Shown: one piece after another, positions 1 to 13,200 of the stretch
Layout of the letters: every line of letters begins with the position of its first letter
Position numbering within the stretch: position 1 is the stretch's first letter
Source: Iphione sp. A-MEVVRFRX5
Lineage: Eukaryota
DNA length: 64,000 bases
Direction of reading: 5' to 3'
NCBI GenBank assembly: GCA_976226885.1
Contig: OZ320316.1
Coordinates: 81,282,001-81,346,000 of the forward strand
Notes under the pieces: generated by a model
What the model was told of the DNA's origin: nothing
Database searches by the model: none
Seen by the model: only the letters and a program-made list of their open reading frames with translations
Translations under genes and position numbers: made by a program

Positions 1-230
1 AAAATAGGTGTGTGACAGGGGTATCTTTTTAAAAATTCTTTTCCACTTTCTTCCTCTGGTTTTCAATAATACAAAGACAATATGAACAATTTTGGCCAAT
101 CTGCATGAGTTTTACAGTTTTTGCTGAATTTGCATGGATTTTATTGTTTTTCTACCGAATTTACAAAAACATGTACTGTGAAAACACATATCCAAGGATA
201 ACCAGAAACACCCCAATTAGGGGGGTTCCT
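1..230 (-). mobile_element. Partial MITE (non-autonomous TIR DNA transposon), same family as 55290-55628
   Basis: Bases 1-200 are the reverse complement, with substitutions, of about 55400-55570 (e.g. AAACATGTACTGTGAAAACACATATC vs GATATATGTTTTCACAGCACATGTTT). The copy ends in the family TIR (ACCAGAAACACCCCAATTAGGGGGGTTCCT) followed by TA. Confidence 0.7.
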
Positions 231-477
231 TATCAGATAGATCATACAATAGTTTCTTGTGGAAACCGAGGCGCTACATGTACAATGAAAACGAAATATT
301 TAGAATTTTCTTATATTCTATACGATGAGAGACAGAGACAATACGTGTTACTCAAGAATGCACCTGCCATGAAAAATCAATTATTTCTATGCACTGCATG
401 TAAACTGTAGATATGTACCTATGACATTCACCTACTTGCTGCTCGTAACTATGTCTGTCTCATGGTTATACATTCAG

Positions 478-1444
478 GAACTATGCTACTGAACCCCTTC
501 ACTTCATCCGACCTGGAGCGACCACTGGATAGACCTCTCGGATTCACCTTCTGTGTCACGGAAGATGAAACTCAAGATGTGAAATCTAGTGTCAAGGATA
601 AGCGTGCAAGGCAATCAAACAAGAAGCCAAATACACCTGAGAGATGCAATTACTTCCATAGGTCTGTTATTACATGTACCTTTCAACCGGAAGTCGGTGC
701 GAAAACAGTAGAGGTAAGGATTTTATGCGTACATTAGAATTCAATGAAGAATTTACGATCGACCGCTTTTCCATGACATCAGGTGAAATAAACCTGTACG
801 GTTGTGATGGGGCAATTTATCAAGGGATTATTGATGTTATCACACAAACATTGTTATAATTGATTTGTATCTGGATATGCACTGTTAACGGTTTCCCTTC
901 GTTACTCCGAAGTACCTTTTTTCAAGTTATTCAACCATAAATTAGTCTTCGATTAATTCCATCATGTGGAACAGGCCTTTCCACTAACGTAGCAACACGA
1001 AAATGTCCACAATCATCAATAGACAAAATACAGTTACATCCTTTATTGTCACTTGTACTAAGACCAATGTACATTTCCGAGCTACAGATGCCTTTCATTA
1101 TTCACCGATTTTCAACTGAAGCATTGCGGAGTGGCGAAAAACCTCCTAGAGCCAGGAAGTGTGCATGGTTTTGAGTGTACCCAGAACTCAAAGACTGGTC
1201 AATGGTTGATAGTGTCCAATTATTGCATCGATACTTGTTAAAATATGTAGCCCAGAAATATAGCTTTCAATGTCCCGAATCTCTCCTTTTACAAGCAATC
1301 AACAATGCATATTATCTCCTAATTAAGGGGTCGATTCTAACCTTAAACCACTATGATTTAACAGCTGATGAAAGTGGTGCGTCATCAAATCCTGCCGCCA
1401 ATGCCACGATATTTTTCTGTCTTCCGGGAAACCGCACGAAAACT
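478..1444 (+). CDS. Candidate upstream exons of the Ubl-domain gene (478-661, 1088-~1211, ~1364-1444); boundaries uncertain
   Basis: AG acceptors at 477, 1087 and about 1363 open frames (TMLLNPFTSSDLERPLDRPLGFTF...; CLSLFTDFQLKHCGVAKNLLEPGSVHGFEC...; LMKVVRHQILPPMPRYFSVFRETARKL). These can be joined in phase to exon 1510, but the donors are weak (GTCTGT, GTGTCC, GTTCTG) and an alternative donor exists at 715. Confidence 0.4.
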
Positions 1445-1509
1445 GGTTCTGCTCTTTTATGATCTGGATATACATAACTTATGCGTCCATCTTTTTTGTT
1501 TCACTATAG

Positions 1510-3500
1510 CTAGAGGTGCGGGCTCACCAGTTGGACATCTGCAAACGTTTTGAAATGGCCAGGTCTGCCAGTGTGTCTGCGTTTTTTGACGTTCTCATTA
1601 AAAGCTTCGGTCAATCGGCCGCTGACGAAACCTGCGCTCTCATTCACTGGACTAACGCTGAATATGACAGTCCCGCTGAAGAGGTACTCACCGCAGATAT
1701 GCAAACCACGCTGAGGTAAGTGATTGAGGCTGGCAATGTACATCATATTGTCAAATACCAGGTTCGCCACACATAATACACGCATGTGATTATGAGTTAC
1801 CTGTTTCAACTTCAAGTCTATCCACACAGGTAGATCTAATATCAATACTTTCTACCTGAGTATTCATGGCCCGTTGGCCACATTTGCCACTTAGATATTC
1901 AGGTAGAATAACGCCTAATGAACTAATTAAGCGATGCCGGCCGCTGTATGAGCATTCCTCTGCTATTAACTAACACATGAAGTTGTGAGTAATAACGCAA
2001 AATGCTCGTAACCAACCAGACATCACCACTGAATCAGAAGTGTTTCATTTGGCTTCGTCATCATTCCATTCAATTTAGTAATTCAGTAAGAGAGAATGAC
2101 CCTCTACGCAAGATGGCGTTGCTGTCAATGAAGAAGCTTGAAATTCATGATGAACATGGCAGTGAGATCGTCATTGACCTGACGTCCGTTCCGCGATTTG
2201 TCGACGTTATCGAGAGTACCCAGAAAGACTTTGCCGTTGGGGGTCCCATGCAGGCTAGTGCATCAAGTCCTCTTTACTTCCTGACCGCAGGTGGTCGACT
2301 CCTAGGTTCGACGTCTTGGCTGAATGTAAGTGGGTTCCAATCTGTATCTTTACCCGACAAGTAAATCGATGTCCTATATCATGATGTCTGCATAATGTAT
2401 TGCTCTACTCCTGTTTGGGCCTAACGTGCTTTTGCGAGCAACCTTTACCTCAGGCCGTCACTCTCTTGTTAAAACAAGTGACGTAAATTTATTTTTTCTA
2501 TATCAGAACCATGCATTCATTTTCGAAGTTCTCCACAAAGATGAAATCCTCAAGAACATACCGACGCTTAAATTATACGTAACAAGCAAACCACCTGCGG
2601 GGATCTTTAGCGTATTTGTTCGGATCCTCAAGGGCGGAATGTTTGAACTTCAGGCAACCAAGGACACTACGCTTGGGTAAGACACGCAGGCATGTGCACT
2701 ATCTAATGTCGGTTACTATGTCTATGCGTCTTATCAACAGATTCAGTGGCTGTAGCAAAGCAAAGGAGAGCTTTTAGTGGAATATACAAATGCCATTAAG
2801 CTGAGATATTCCTGTCGAGATTCTGTTCTGTTGAATGCTTAATGGTATCCATCTTCATCCTTCGTGAAGGGAATATTCCGAAAGTATTATATGCGCTGTA
2901 CTTCTTATTGACAGGGAGTTACGTTTCCAGCTCTCCGCAAGGGGCGGTCCTTGGGGTGACGACCTCTGCTGGCTATTCTGCGGTACCCTTTTGGAGACGA
3001 GCAAGCCGCTCTCCCACTATGGTATAAGACCGAGGGATACATTAGATGTTCTGCTACGTAAGTCTCCAGGCGGCGCCATAGTCGCTCTCCTCACACTTTG
3101 CCCACCAACACTGAACGGCATAGACTATCCCTGTATCCTGTCCCTATAGTAGAGACCTATAGACTGTTCTTCCACCACTAATCTGTTCGTGTATTTTCTT
3201 AGTTGAGGCGCATTTCAGTGTCCAATGTGGACCTCGGATGTGGAGCAAAACTGATCCGATTGAAAGTGTTACACAAGATTTAATAACATTATTTGTGTCT
3301 CTATACACACTGGACTTACATAAACTACGTACATACTGATATCTAGTAGTAACATACCGTGTACGGTAGTGTCTTTTATACTGAAAAGAAATCTAAATGA
3401 AGCAAATATCCATACCTATTTTTTCAATACGCTTTTCCCTTCAGACAACATAGATTTTGATCCGAACCATGTCATTATAGGTTCATTACAAGACCAGTAA
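1510..3500 (+). CDS. Spliced gene (3' five exons) encoding a protein with a C-terminal ubiquitin-like domain
   Basis: Exons 1510-1715, 2079-2325, 2507-2676, 2915-3057 and 3445-3500 have polypyrimidine-AG acceptors and GTAAGT/GTAAGA donors. Phases (2,0,2,1) keep one open frame to TAA at 3498-3500. The segment FSVFVRILKGGMFELQATKDTTLGELRFQLSARGGPWGDDLCWLFCGTLLETSKPLSHYGIRPRDTLDVLL aligns by eye with ubiquitin (IFVKTLTG...[29 protein letters not shown]). Confidence 0.85.
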
Positions 3501-6087
3501 TCATCGTCGAAAACGGAGTTACATGCAGTTCAGTTGGATTCATTCAGTGGATTGTTTCTAACTCAAAACAAATGCTTGCGTGAGAAAAGGATACTTGCCC
3601 TTAGAGACTGAAGACCGGGGAAGGGAAGAAGGGCTGTTCCTCCAAGACTGCGCAACATATGACAGGCGAACTTACCTATGGGACCATATATTTCCCCATC
3701 AATTTGGGCATAATGGGCCATACATATGCCAGTTCAATGAGTTACTTTTGTCAATATATCCCATGATATGTTGGGGCACAGATTTGCGTCCATATGGGAG
3801 ACATTATGGAACTAGCTTTAAAATTAGTAACATCAGTGCCACTGAATACAATGAACTTCAATCAGGCGTTTTCCGACTGAGGTCCTGAACAGATTGGAAG
3901 AATGACTAATAAGAAAAGCTCAATGTAACAATTAGCAGTTGCGTATCATCTGTATATTTCCCATCTCATTATCCACATAATCTCACTTATATGCATATGT
4001 AAGTAACTCAACTGGACTGTAATCTTCAACTCGAACAAGCGGATCACAAGTACAATACCGTATAATGAATAAGGGAAAAGCGTTAAAAAAAACACTGCTT
4101 CAATCGGTCTTACAACATATGATGCGAGATGACCACATAGTATTAGTGCGCTGTCAGATTATGCTCTGGCTGATAGCGAGATTCTGTCCTTTTGCATACA
4201 TTTCCAGGTTTACAGGGTCATGGGTCTCGTACTCCTGTCCAGGAAGATCCCATAGCCGTTGAAGGGGAAAAACCTATAAGTAAGAACCACACTCTTCCGT
4301 ACATTTCCACAGCTAAAAGACATATGGGTGTATTATCATAGGAAAGGTACCATGTGAATGACCTTTGTATAACTGCTAAGCCTCGAGCTGGATTTAAGAG
4401 GTTATGAATGGCACAATCACCATGATCTGACTGATGAGTACTATACACTATGTGTTGAATATTGCAAAAGGAACCTATATGAGAAAAGAAATAAACAGAT
4501 GTTTACATCAGAGTTTGTGGAAATGGAGAAACATTAATCGCTAATAAACTTTATTTTTAGGTAGTGCTGATCTTCTCAGCTCTGCGACCACTGCAAAACG
4601 TAGCAAACTTCAGAGACGGAGGGGTACTACATTGAAAGGGCGCGCTATGCAGCAGTTTATTGAAGTTGATCCTATTAAAACGGACGAACGCTTCTTTGAG
4701 ACCATTACTTTGACATTGGCCCCCGAGTAGGTTTTCAGCTTGTCAGCAATTTTCAATATTTTTTCATCCCACTTTTCTCTACATTTAATGCTAACGTGCA
4801 TGTCTATTCTGCCTTAAAATAAAAGTCCTTTCATTTTACATTTTTACCAATTTTGCAATTTTGACGATGGTACTTGTTGCAATAGTACTTATGCAGTGGT
4901 AAAATGCCATTTTGGCACTTTTTCTTCAGAAACGAAGACTTTGCCTTACCTCCGGAAATACATCCATTCAAAGGAACGTCTTCAGGATGTCATGTCATGT
5001 GACTGGGACCTAGGATTCAAAATGCACACATAAATACATATACATAAATAAACTTAGGTTCCCTAAACACTTCGACCTGCTCAATGGAAATTGATACCTA
5101 TATTGTTGTAAACTATATTATCAGTGTCTACATAGTGGTGAAATAAATTATACTTAATTATCCATTCAAAATTCAATAAAACAAACAAATAGCCTAGGCT
5201 ATAGAGTGAGTATTCACTATCCCAACAGTCTCTGAGTCTCTCTTCCACCTCGCTTTCTTCCGATTTCTGAATATCTTCGAACTGACTGTATGACTGTATG
5301 TCTTCTATGTCCTCATATATATTATAAGAACCACCGGCATACAAATCCCTCCAACAGCGATGATATAATTATAGAGTCATTATGTAATTATAGAGTATAT
5401 TATGTAATATCATAGAGTCATATCTGGCAGTAATTTATGCAATGCCGTCTTTAATAACACATGATACAAGGCCTCCTCGTGTTTCTTAAGTTTAAATCTG
5501 TAATAGTGTGTATCTTATATGATGGTATCAAAAGAAAGAATGATTTAACATCAGTGTGATGGGGCAAGCCTATCAGGTTACTGTCCAACAATATGAAATG
5601 AAAGAGGAAGCTAATTGCCCGTTTTATGTCATGTTTAAGAAAAATACAGTGGAGTCTCTATTTACAACCAAATCAATTTGCAACCATTCTCTATTTCAGA
5701 CCCTTTTTTTTGTGAACAAATATCGTAATTTTTATACATTTGATACTCTATTTACAACCAAACCTGTCATTACAACCATTTGAGCTTGGTCCTAAGTGGT
5801 GGTCATAAATAAAGACGCCACTGTATAGGAAAGTTATCTGATTACTTGTGAAAAAGGATTTGTATTGCACCGATCAATGCTACTCATGTTAAAACCTCTG
5901 CCACAGATATCCCATCTTTTTTGAGCTAAGGCGATGCGTTCATCTGGATTCTTCTGCTCATAGATACTCCGAAGGCCACATGGACATCGTTACCCTCCAG
6001 ACAGCTCTATCTACTTCTGCAATGAAATGAGCATGCTTAACAAAGAAAATTTACATCCACACAATGAACACAAAGATATCTTCCAAA

Positions 6088-6270
6088 TAAAACTACAAAA
6101 ATCAGACCAGGTCGCCCGAATAAAACAACCAATATCAAACCAGGTCTCTACTGAAGGGTACCTTATACACACACCACATGACTCATAACTCCTGAAGATG
6201 AGAGCAACACCGCGAAACGTTAGTTAACTTACTACTAATAAAACTACCAAAATCAAATAAGATCTCCAAG
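6088..6270. repeat. Dispersed copies of a ~33-bp minisatellite unit (AAACTACAAAAATCAGACCAGGTCGCCCGAATA-like)
   Basis: Two adjacent copies at about 6088-6150 and a third diverged copy at about 6238-6270. Confidence 0.5.
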
Positions 6271-7255
6271 AGTTTTGATGCCTAATTAATACATAAAGAA
6301 TGGATAAAATTTGGAGGAAAATAATAGAAACAGTTGTGACATATGATCTTTGGTATGCTGACCTTTCCATGAGGTAAGAATAAATAGGAAATTTTCCCTG
6401 CAAAAATGTATACATAGGTGTATTGTAATGTGTATAGAAATATCAATTTAGCAATTGAATATACCCTACATAAACCATCTAATAAGATTGTATTTTCAGT
6501 CCTTTATTTGACCTTAGTATTAAAGACAAAATATTTATTCTTCCTGGGGCTAACAGATAGACTACCTGTTTATGCATTGGTATCTACAATAGTATAGTTC
6601 TGCATGCTAATAAGTCATTGTATGAATAGCGGATTAACGCTTGCAGAGAAGAAACAGAGAATCATAAAACATATCAGACATACAGTCTAGTATGTAGCTT
6701 TAATGCAATATTTGTCACATATGTGGAAATGAAACCGACAATTGAGATCATTTGAAAGGTCAAACCTTTATATCGAACTGTCCTAGTGGGAGGTAAATCT
6801 ATAGTGTTCTCTTGAAGCTGGCGAATAAGTACAATATTGTGATACACCAGCATATATACAACACCATATATAGAAGGACAACATTTTTTTTTTTTTTTTG
6901 GGGGGGGGGGGGGGGTTGATAAGAGTAGGTCATAGCAATGCTGGGACCATGGCTTGAAACCAGGCAGGATTCCAAAAACAAATTTCAAAATTGTTTTTCC
7001 CCTGCCATCTCAGTCTGTTTCTATTAGACGTGCAATGCCACGCAAGATCTTGCAGACCACATGCACATCTATTCGAGCAATCGTTTTGAATCAATACAAA
7101 CATGCTCATATGTAATGCGCACCGCGCCTTCGTCATGCACCATTTCCTTTTGTAGTTAGGTACATATATGTTACATTATGGTTTAGACGGTCGAGCTGAG
7201 TGAGTGAGGAATATGAAGGTTTTGATAAATCCAAGGATAGCTGTGGATAACAGAT

Positions 7256-10200
7256 ATGGATAGGGTAGCATGTTATCGTTGGATAATATTAATTGATAGT
7301 GTGCTCTTGTGGGTAAGTTTTAGCTCAAAGGAACCATGTTTCCTTATCTACATTCATGTATTACCTCTGACAATGGAACTCTTTATGAGCCCATTATACC
7401 AGGAAACGATAATATACAACCCCCTTGCAATGTAGGATCGATTATAACGTAACATTTATACGTAATAGCGATGAGTGTGGGTATACAAGGCAAGTGTTCC
7501 TTACTCCGGACTCAATGGCGGAAAGATACGTAAAGTCGATGTTTAGAAGTGTTCGCTTGAATAAAAATGTCTACATTATCGAGGGATTTCTTGAGTGAAA
7601 ACCTTACTTGGATTTTTAGATGACGGCAGTCGGCGTTCTTTGTTCTACATCTATTCGTCTCACTTGGAGTCCAGCAGAACTACACATCCGAGGCATTCTG
7701 GTAATTATTATTGCCCATTTCAATTTTTGTCCTGGCAAACTTCGGCTTTGAAAAAGCTAGCACATCCGATATATAAATATGTGTATACATTTATGGCATA
7801 AGAATATTAGTACTTCTTCCTTGCTTATGATACACGTAGTACATCACATCACTCCATTCCCATTTTGGCACTGCCGATATTTCAGTGTATAATTCTAGCA
7901 AGCAACCAGACTTGGAAACAAAATAGATTTCTACCGGCCATGTGTATGTGTATATAATATTACCATACTGACAGAATTATTAAATTTACCCAGATAAGAT
8001 AAGATTATTACCTTTTGTACTCTGTTTCTTTTCTAGATACCGATTGTCATTTACAAAATATTTGGAGCGATATTATTTCTTGCAGGTAAAAGTGATATTA
8101 TAAGGGTTATTTAGTATGAAATTTGATTAGTAAGAGGGCTCCCCTTTCCCACGTATGATGATATGCCATTATGGCAGGGGAAGTAGTTCAAAAATAAGAT
8201 TTTGACATTTACAATCGTACCAATTTCCATTTTCAATTTCTTTAATATTTGAATTCTCTTGAAAACATGCATTTTTTAGTACAACTGATCACAGAATGTA
8301 TCAAGTTATGATTTATCTAACATTATGCTACAAGTATCCTTAATCTTTGTACTCATAAAATGACTTATCAGGATTTGCAGGAAATTGTGGCACTGTCAGA
8401 ATCAATAGGACATCGATTATTGTGGTAAGTCTCTGTAAATGGACGTATAAATATTAATTTATTATTCAAATAGCTAAAGATGCATTGCAATGACTTCTTC
8501 AAATGATGCAAAGGTGAAATGTGAATTTAATCTTTTCTGTCATAGGCTCAGAATCGAGAATGTTTCCCTTCTTTGTAAAACAATAGTAGGAACACATTAT
8601 TGTTTGCAAGTCGTCATATTACCAGCAATAGATGGATATATTTGTCAGGTGATCTTGGCTTCGGAAAATTATCCCATAATGCACTATCCTCAGCTAAGAA
8701 TACGGGGATTAGCTTTGTGGATTAATGTTACCAACATACGTTTAGCAACCTTAGATGATTCTCACAAGTATAGCCTCTTTTCACGACCCACCAAAGTTTG
8801 CTTTTCATGATTAGTTTGCCTTATCTGATTTATGAAATACTGAAACAAAACATTCAGTATCCAACTTTTACCTAAGTATGAATGGAGTAGTTAGGGCAAA
8901 TTTGCATCAGTTCGTTCCGTTTGCATATTGTTGCATCCGGGTGAGTTGCACTGACTCCTTTTGGGGCATCATCGTGCAAGGGGGCTGGTTGGGGTGGGGG
9001 TGGGTTCACGTGAAAGTTGTGTATGACACCGTTGTGACAAGGCGATAGATGTGATTTTTTTACGTTCCATACTTGCTACTTCATACCCCATACTTTCCTT
9101 ACCACACTACACAGCTTTGCTGTTCAAGAGAGCGAATAATTCATGAAGTGTGCGGTTCTGTTGAAATGTGTACCAAGCAGATCAAAGCAGACAGGAGAAG
9201 TCCATGCCTGAACCAAACCTTATCAGTCATAGATTACTGCTGTATTTTACTATGTTTCCATTAGATTTATGAGCAGTGTCTGAAAATGGGCAATGCACAA
9301 ATATATGGTCACGTAAATGCGCCTAAACACACCAACACAACGCAGGTATGGAAACTTCATCACCACCAGCTCATTATAAAGTATGACGCAAACGTAATGT
9401 ATTGATAAAAGTATGGAATCTGTACCTTGATTTACAATATCGAGGCATTATTTTCAGAGACTAACCTCTGTGGTACTGCTGGTTCAGTGACTGTACTACA
9501 CTGTAAGCATATCACATGCCAGCTGCCCATGAAGTAATGGACATCAATCAAAATCAAATACACACTAGGGGTCATATTTGATTTGATTTGATTAGTTTAT
9601 TGCCCCAGGCTCTTATACGAGGATAAGGTCTTCGAGGGACTCTGATGCGGTGCATTAGTGGTCCTTGGTCAATGTGTATAGTTTCTGTTTCAACTCTTTA
9701 ATGGTTTTACACTGTTTCAGCAATGCTGGCAATGCATTCCTGCTTGATACTCCTTTGTAAAAGAATGACTTCTGGAACTTACTTATTCGAGGTTTTTTCT
9801 GAACTACACTCATGGAACACCTCGTTCTACTGGACTCCCTGGCTGATGGTAGCCCTAGGAGGGTTAATCTGTGTACTACGCATAAGAGTTGATAGTCTGC
9901 CATTGTGGTCAGTTCCACAATTCCTGCGTCTCGTTTTATTTTGATGCTGCTGATCTTCCCTCCAACTAATCGCCGCAGAAAGCAATTCAATTCCCTTTGT
10001 AATTCTGCCTTTTGACTGGCCCCTACTAGAAACGTTAACCCATATGAAAAGGTCAGAAAAATGAAGCTTTTAAAGAGGAATAACTTTATGTTATAAGGCA
10101 CCATATAGGCAGCCTTCCTTAGAAGGTATGTTTTTTGGCTAGCCTGCCTTCTGATTTTCTGTATTATTGGAAGGTAGCTTAGGTTTTCATCGAATGTATA

Positions 10201-13200
10201 GCCGAGGAGCATGCACTCTGACACCCGTTTTACTTTCTCAGTGCCTAGGCTCAAGTCAATGTAATGGCAGTTTTTCCACTCTCACCTGCCACACTCACTC
10301 GATTCATTTGGTCCCATACCAGTGAGTTACCAGTGGTATCAGAAGTTATGCCTAGTGTGAAAATCGGAAAAAATATTAAGATTCCTTGAATTCTTTGACA
10401 AACCATCAAAGATTATAAGTTTTAAATCCTTTTTCATCCATGCATATCTTATTCAACCATCAGCGAAGTTGGAGACCAGATCTATTGATCTGCTCGGTGT
10501 TCATCCTTCAAGATTCAAAATGTATGCATATGTATATATTTCCATCGTCTATTTTCAGTTATACTTACAACGTTATACATAATCTAAATACTATTGGAGT
10601 GTATTTTATCATTGGGTTTCCATGTCCTGAACATTAATCCATGTTTCTTTGATTAGGGAGGTCTCTAATAGAAGGAAAATGGAGACATAGAGGCAACATG
10701 GAGACACATAAAAATTAGGGTTTGCTTAATCCTATAAGGGCAGATGATGCCTGAAGGCATTCCCAGGCTTAAGCCTGATGATGCCTGAAGGCATTCCCAA
10801 TGGATGAATGGGTAAAGGGCAATGGGCGAAGAATGCCTTCAGGCATCATGAATTAACCTGTATTTTTGGAATGTTTGTTGAATTCTTGTAAGTTTTAACA
10901 CAAAGGACTCTTGTTAAACTGTCACAATAATCTTATTTTCCATTATCAGTGATAGAAATCATATTCATTTGTACACGTTTCATAAAACTGGCTTGGAATA
11001 GCATAATTATGTTTAAGGTCCTCGCCCTCTGGGAAGTGCTATAGCCTGGTATCCTTGCCCTGAAGTCAAATTACCCCTTAACCTGGTCCACCCCTGACTG
11101 GGTTAAACATTTCAAGTAATCATTGTGAATGGAGATTGCTCTTTAGCGAATCTAATATGTCTATACATGTGCTAAGAGTGATTGCCAGTGTGCATATTCA
11201 TTCTTTTATTACATGGGTCAATTGTTAATTAAGGGAAGGTCAAATCTCCCCTAGGGAATCAATCACCATTGGGCCTCCTTTCCATGTGTAGGTGTCAGTG
11301 TGGAAGGGTCCCAAAATTCAGCTGATTTTTCAGACCAGCATGAACCAGCACAGAGGGGTGCTTTCATATACAGGGAGGAGAGAGAGGGAGAGAGAGAGTG
11401 TGTGTGCTGATTAGAAGGAATTCTGCCCGAATCGGTCTAAACTGCAAGTTTTTTTTAATGATTGTAAGGAATTCTGCCCAAATCTGTGTGCAGGGCAAGT
11501 TTTTTTTATACTGATCAGAAGGAATTCTGCCCAAATCAGTGTAAATGGCAAGTTGTTTTATGCTGATTGGAAGGAATTCCGCATGAATCTGTGTAAATGG
11601 TGAGTTTTTTAATGCATATTATATGCAAATTAGAAAATATTTCATCTACCATGTGATAGACAGTGTCTATCTGGCTAAAAATTTCAATCTACATATGCTA
11701 CTTGTCTGTGGGCATCCATGGTCCACCTCCGGACACAGAGCATAGACTATGCAGCATGGACACATGGAAACAATCATGTTGAATACTGTATCATCTTTTA
11801 TTTCCCAGACAGACACATGTGTGTATCTGTAAAAATCTCTGGACACATGGAAAGCAGGCCTTGGAACAAAACCTTAAATATCTAAGTGAATATAAATATC
11901 ATCTCCATTATATTACAGACATTGGTTTTTTCATCGGTTGGAATTGTTACTGGACTTGCGTTAGTCGCATATCTCTCCTTGGTATTATACTACGTGAGTA
12001 AGATCTTGTTTTGTCGTACTGAATAGTCAAAATGTATTACATATACGAATATTTCAAAAACCGTATACTTACTTAAATCATGGCCCACTGGACCTCTGCG
12101 CACTTGTTATGGTCGACAAAAGGAAAACAAAAGCAGGGTTCGTTTTCGTGCATTCACAGGAATCACTAGTAGTTATTTCCAATTTGTACGGAAGCATCAA
12201 ATACGACAAACGTATCAAGTCGTATCTAGTAGACGGCAGCAGCAATAATACCCCCCAAACTGTATCAACTGAATAACATACCAAAGAGCATTCGTACACA
12301 TTGGAGGCCTGCCTTGCATATCAATACTACAGAGATATGTCCCTGCACACATAGGGCGTTGTTGTAGAGAAGATTCTATAGGCTATGATAGATGGGGTGT
12401 TGATGACCTCCCCCGTGTGGTGGTCCATCACCTACCTGACTGCAAATTAGGTGCAGTGTGTGTGCACTGCTCTTTGTCACCTAGACATCTTTTCTTAGAT
12501 ACGTTACAGAAAAATAGTCTCGATTCTGCAATTGTACAATGTAACACTTTCTCACCCATATCCCTTTTTTCCGCAAAGCCATCTGGATATCTTGATCTGG
12601 ACGACTGGAACTCCCTGAACGTTGCAGTAATTGATGAAATACAGGAAAAGGTAAGCTAGTGTATGCACTTGAATAGGAGACTAAAGAGACATAGTGGAAA
12701 GAGGGAACGAAGAAGAAACTTCCAAAATACTTATTTGTGTACACTCGTTTAGAAATAGATAATATAAACAGATATTTTGGTTCCAGCTAACAGCAGTTCA
12801 CTGTATTAAACGGATAAATTTTCATGCTTACTGATAGTACACTATTATTCTGTTTCAATACATTTGAAAAACAACGTATATTTTGCCTATAACTTCAAAC
12901 TTTCAAGTCCCATGCCAAGCGACATTTTCATTATTGCTTTAGAAGGCAAAAAGACCACATGAACGCACAATCAACAAATTATAGTTGTGTGATTTTATTC
13001 AAGATGGATGACCAGAAAAAAAAACACATAATTTACATTCGGTAAGCTGAGAAACGTTTAAGCGTATCCAGTTGTTCAAATGTACTTGTAATTGTCAACA
13101 GCAGGAAATTACCCATGGCAGCTTTAAAATTCGTGTTGACAGTACTACACAAAACTTGGGGTTCAGAAATCATACTGAAAGGCCGTATAAGATAGTGACC

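Noticed and set aside
4610-4810. Minus-strand terminal exon followed by AATAAA
   Set aside because: No upstream exon could be joined without a stop, and there is no recognisable homology.
6233-6397. Minus-strand TM-encoding exon (ORF 6224-6415) with good splice signals
   Set aside because: Its hydrophobic end is a copy of the 33-bp minisatellite, and no downstream exon keeps the frame.
8548-8810. ORF 8490-8810 as a tetraspanin exon
   Set aside because: It gives a stop in the phase required by exon 8372-8424. The tetraspanin frame continues correctly at 11919.
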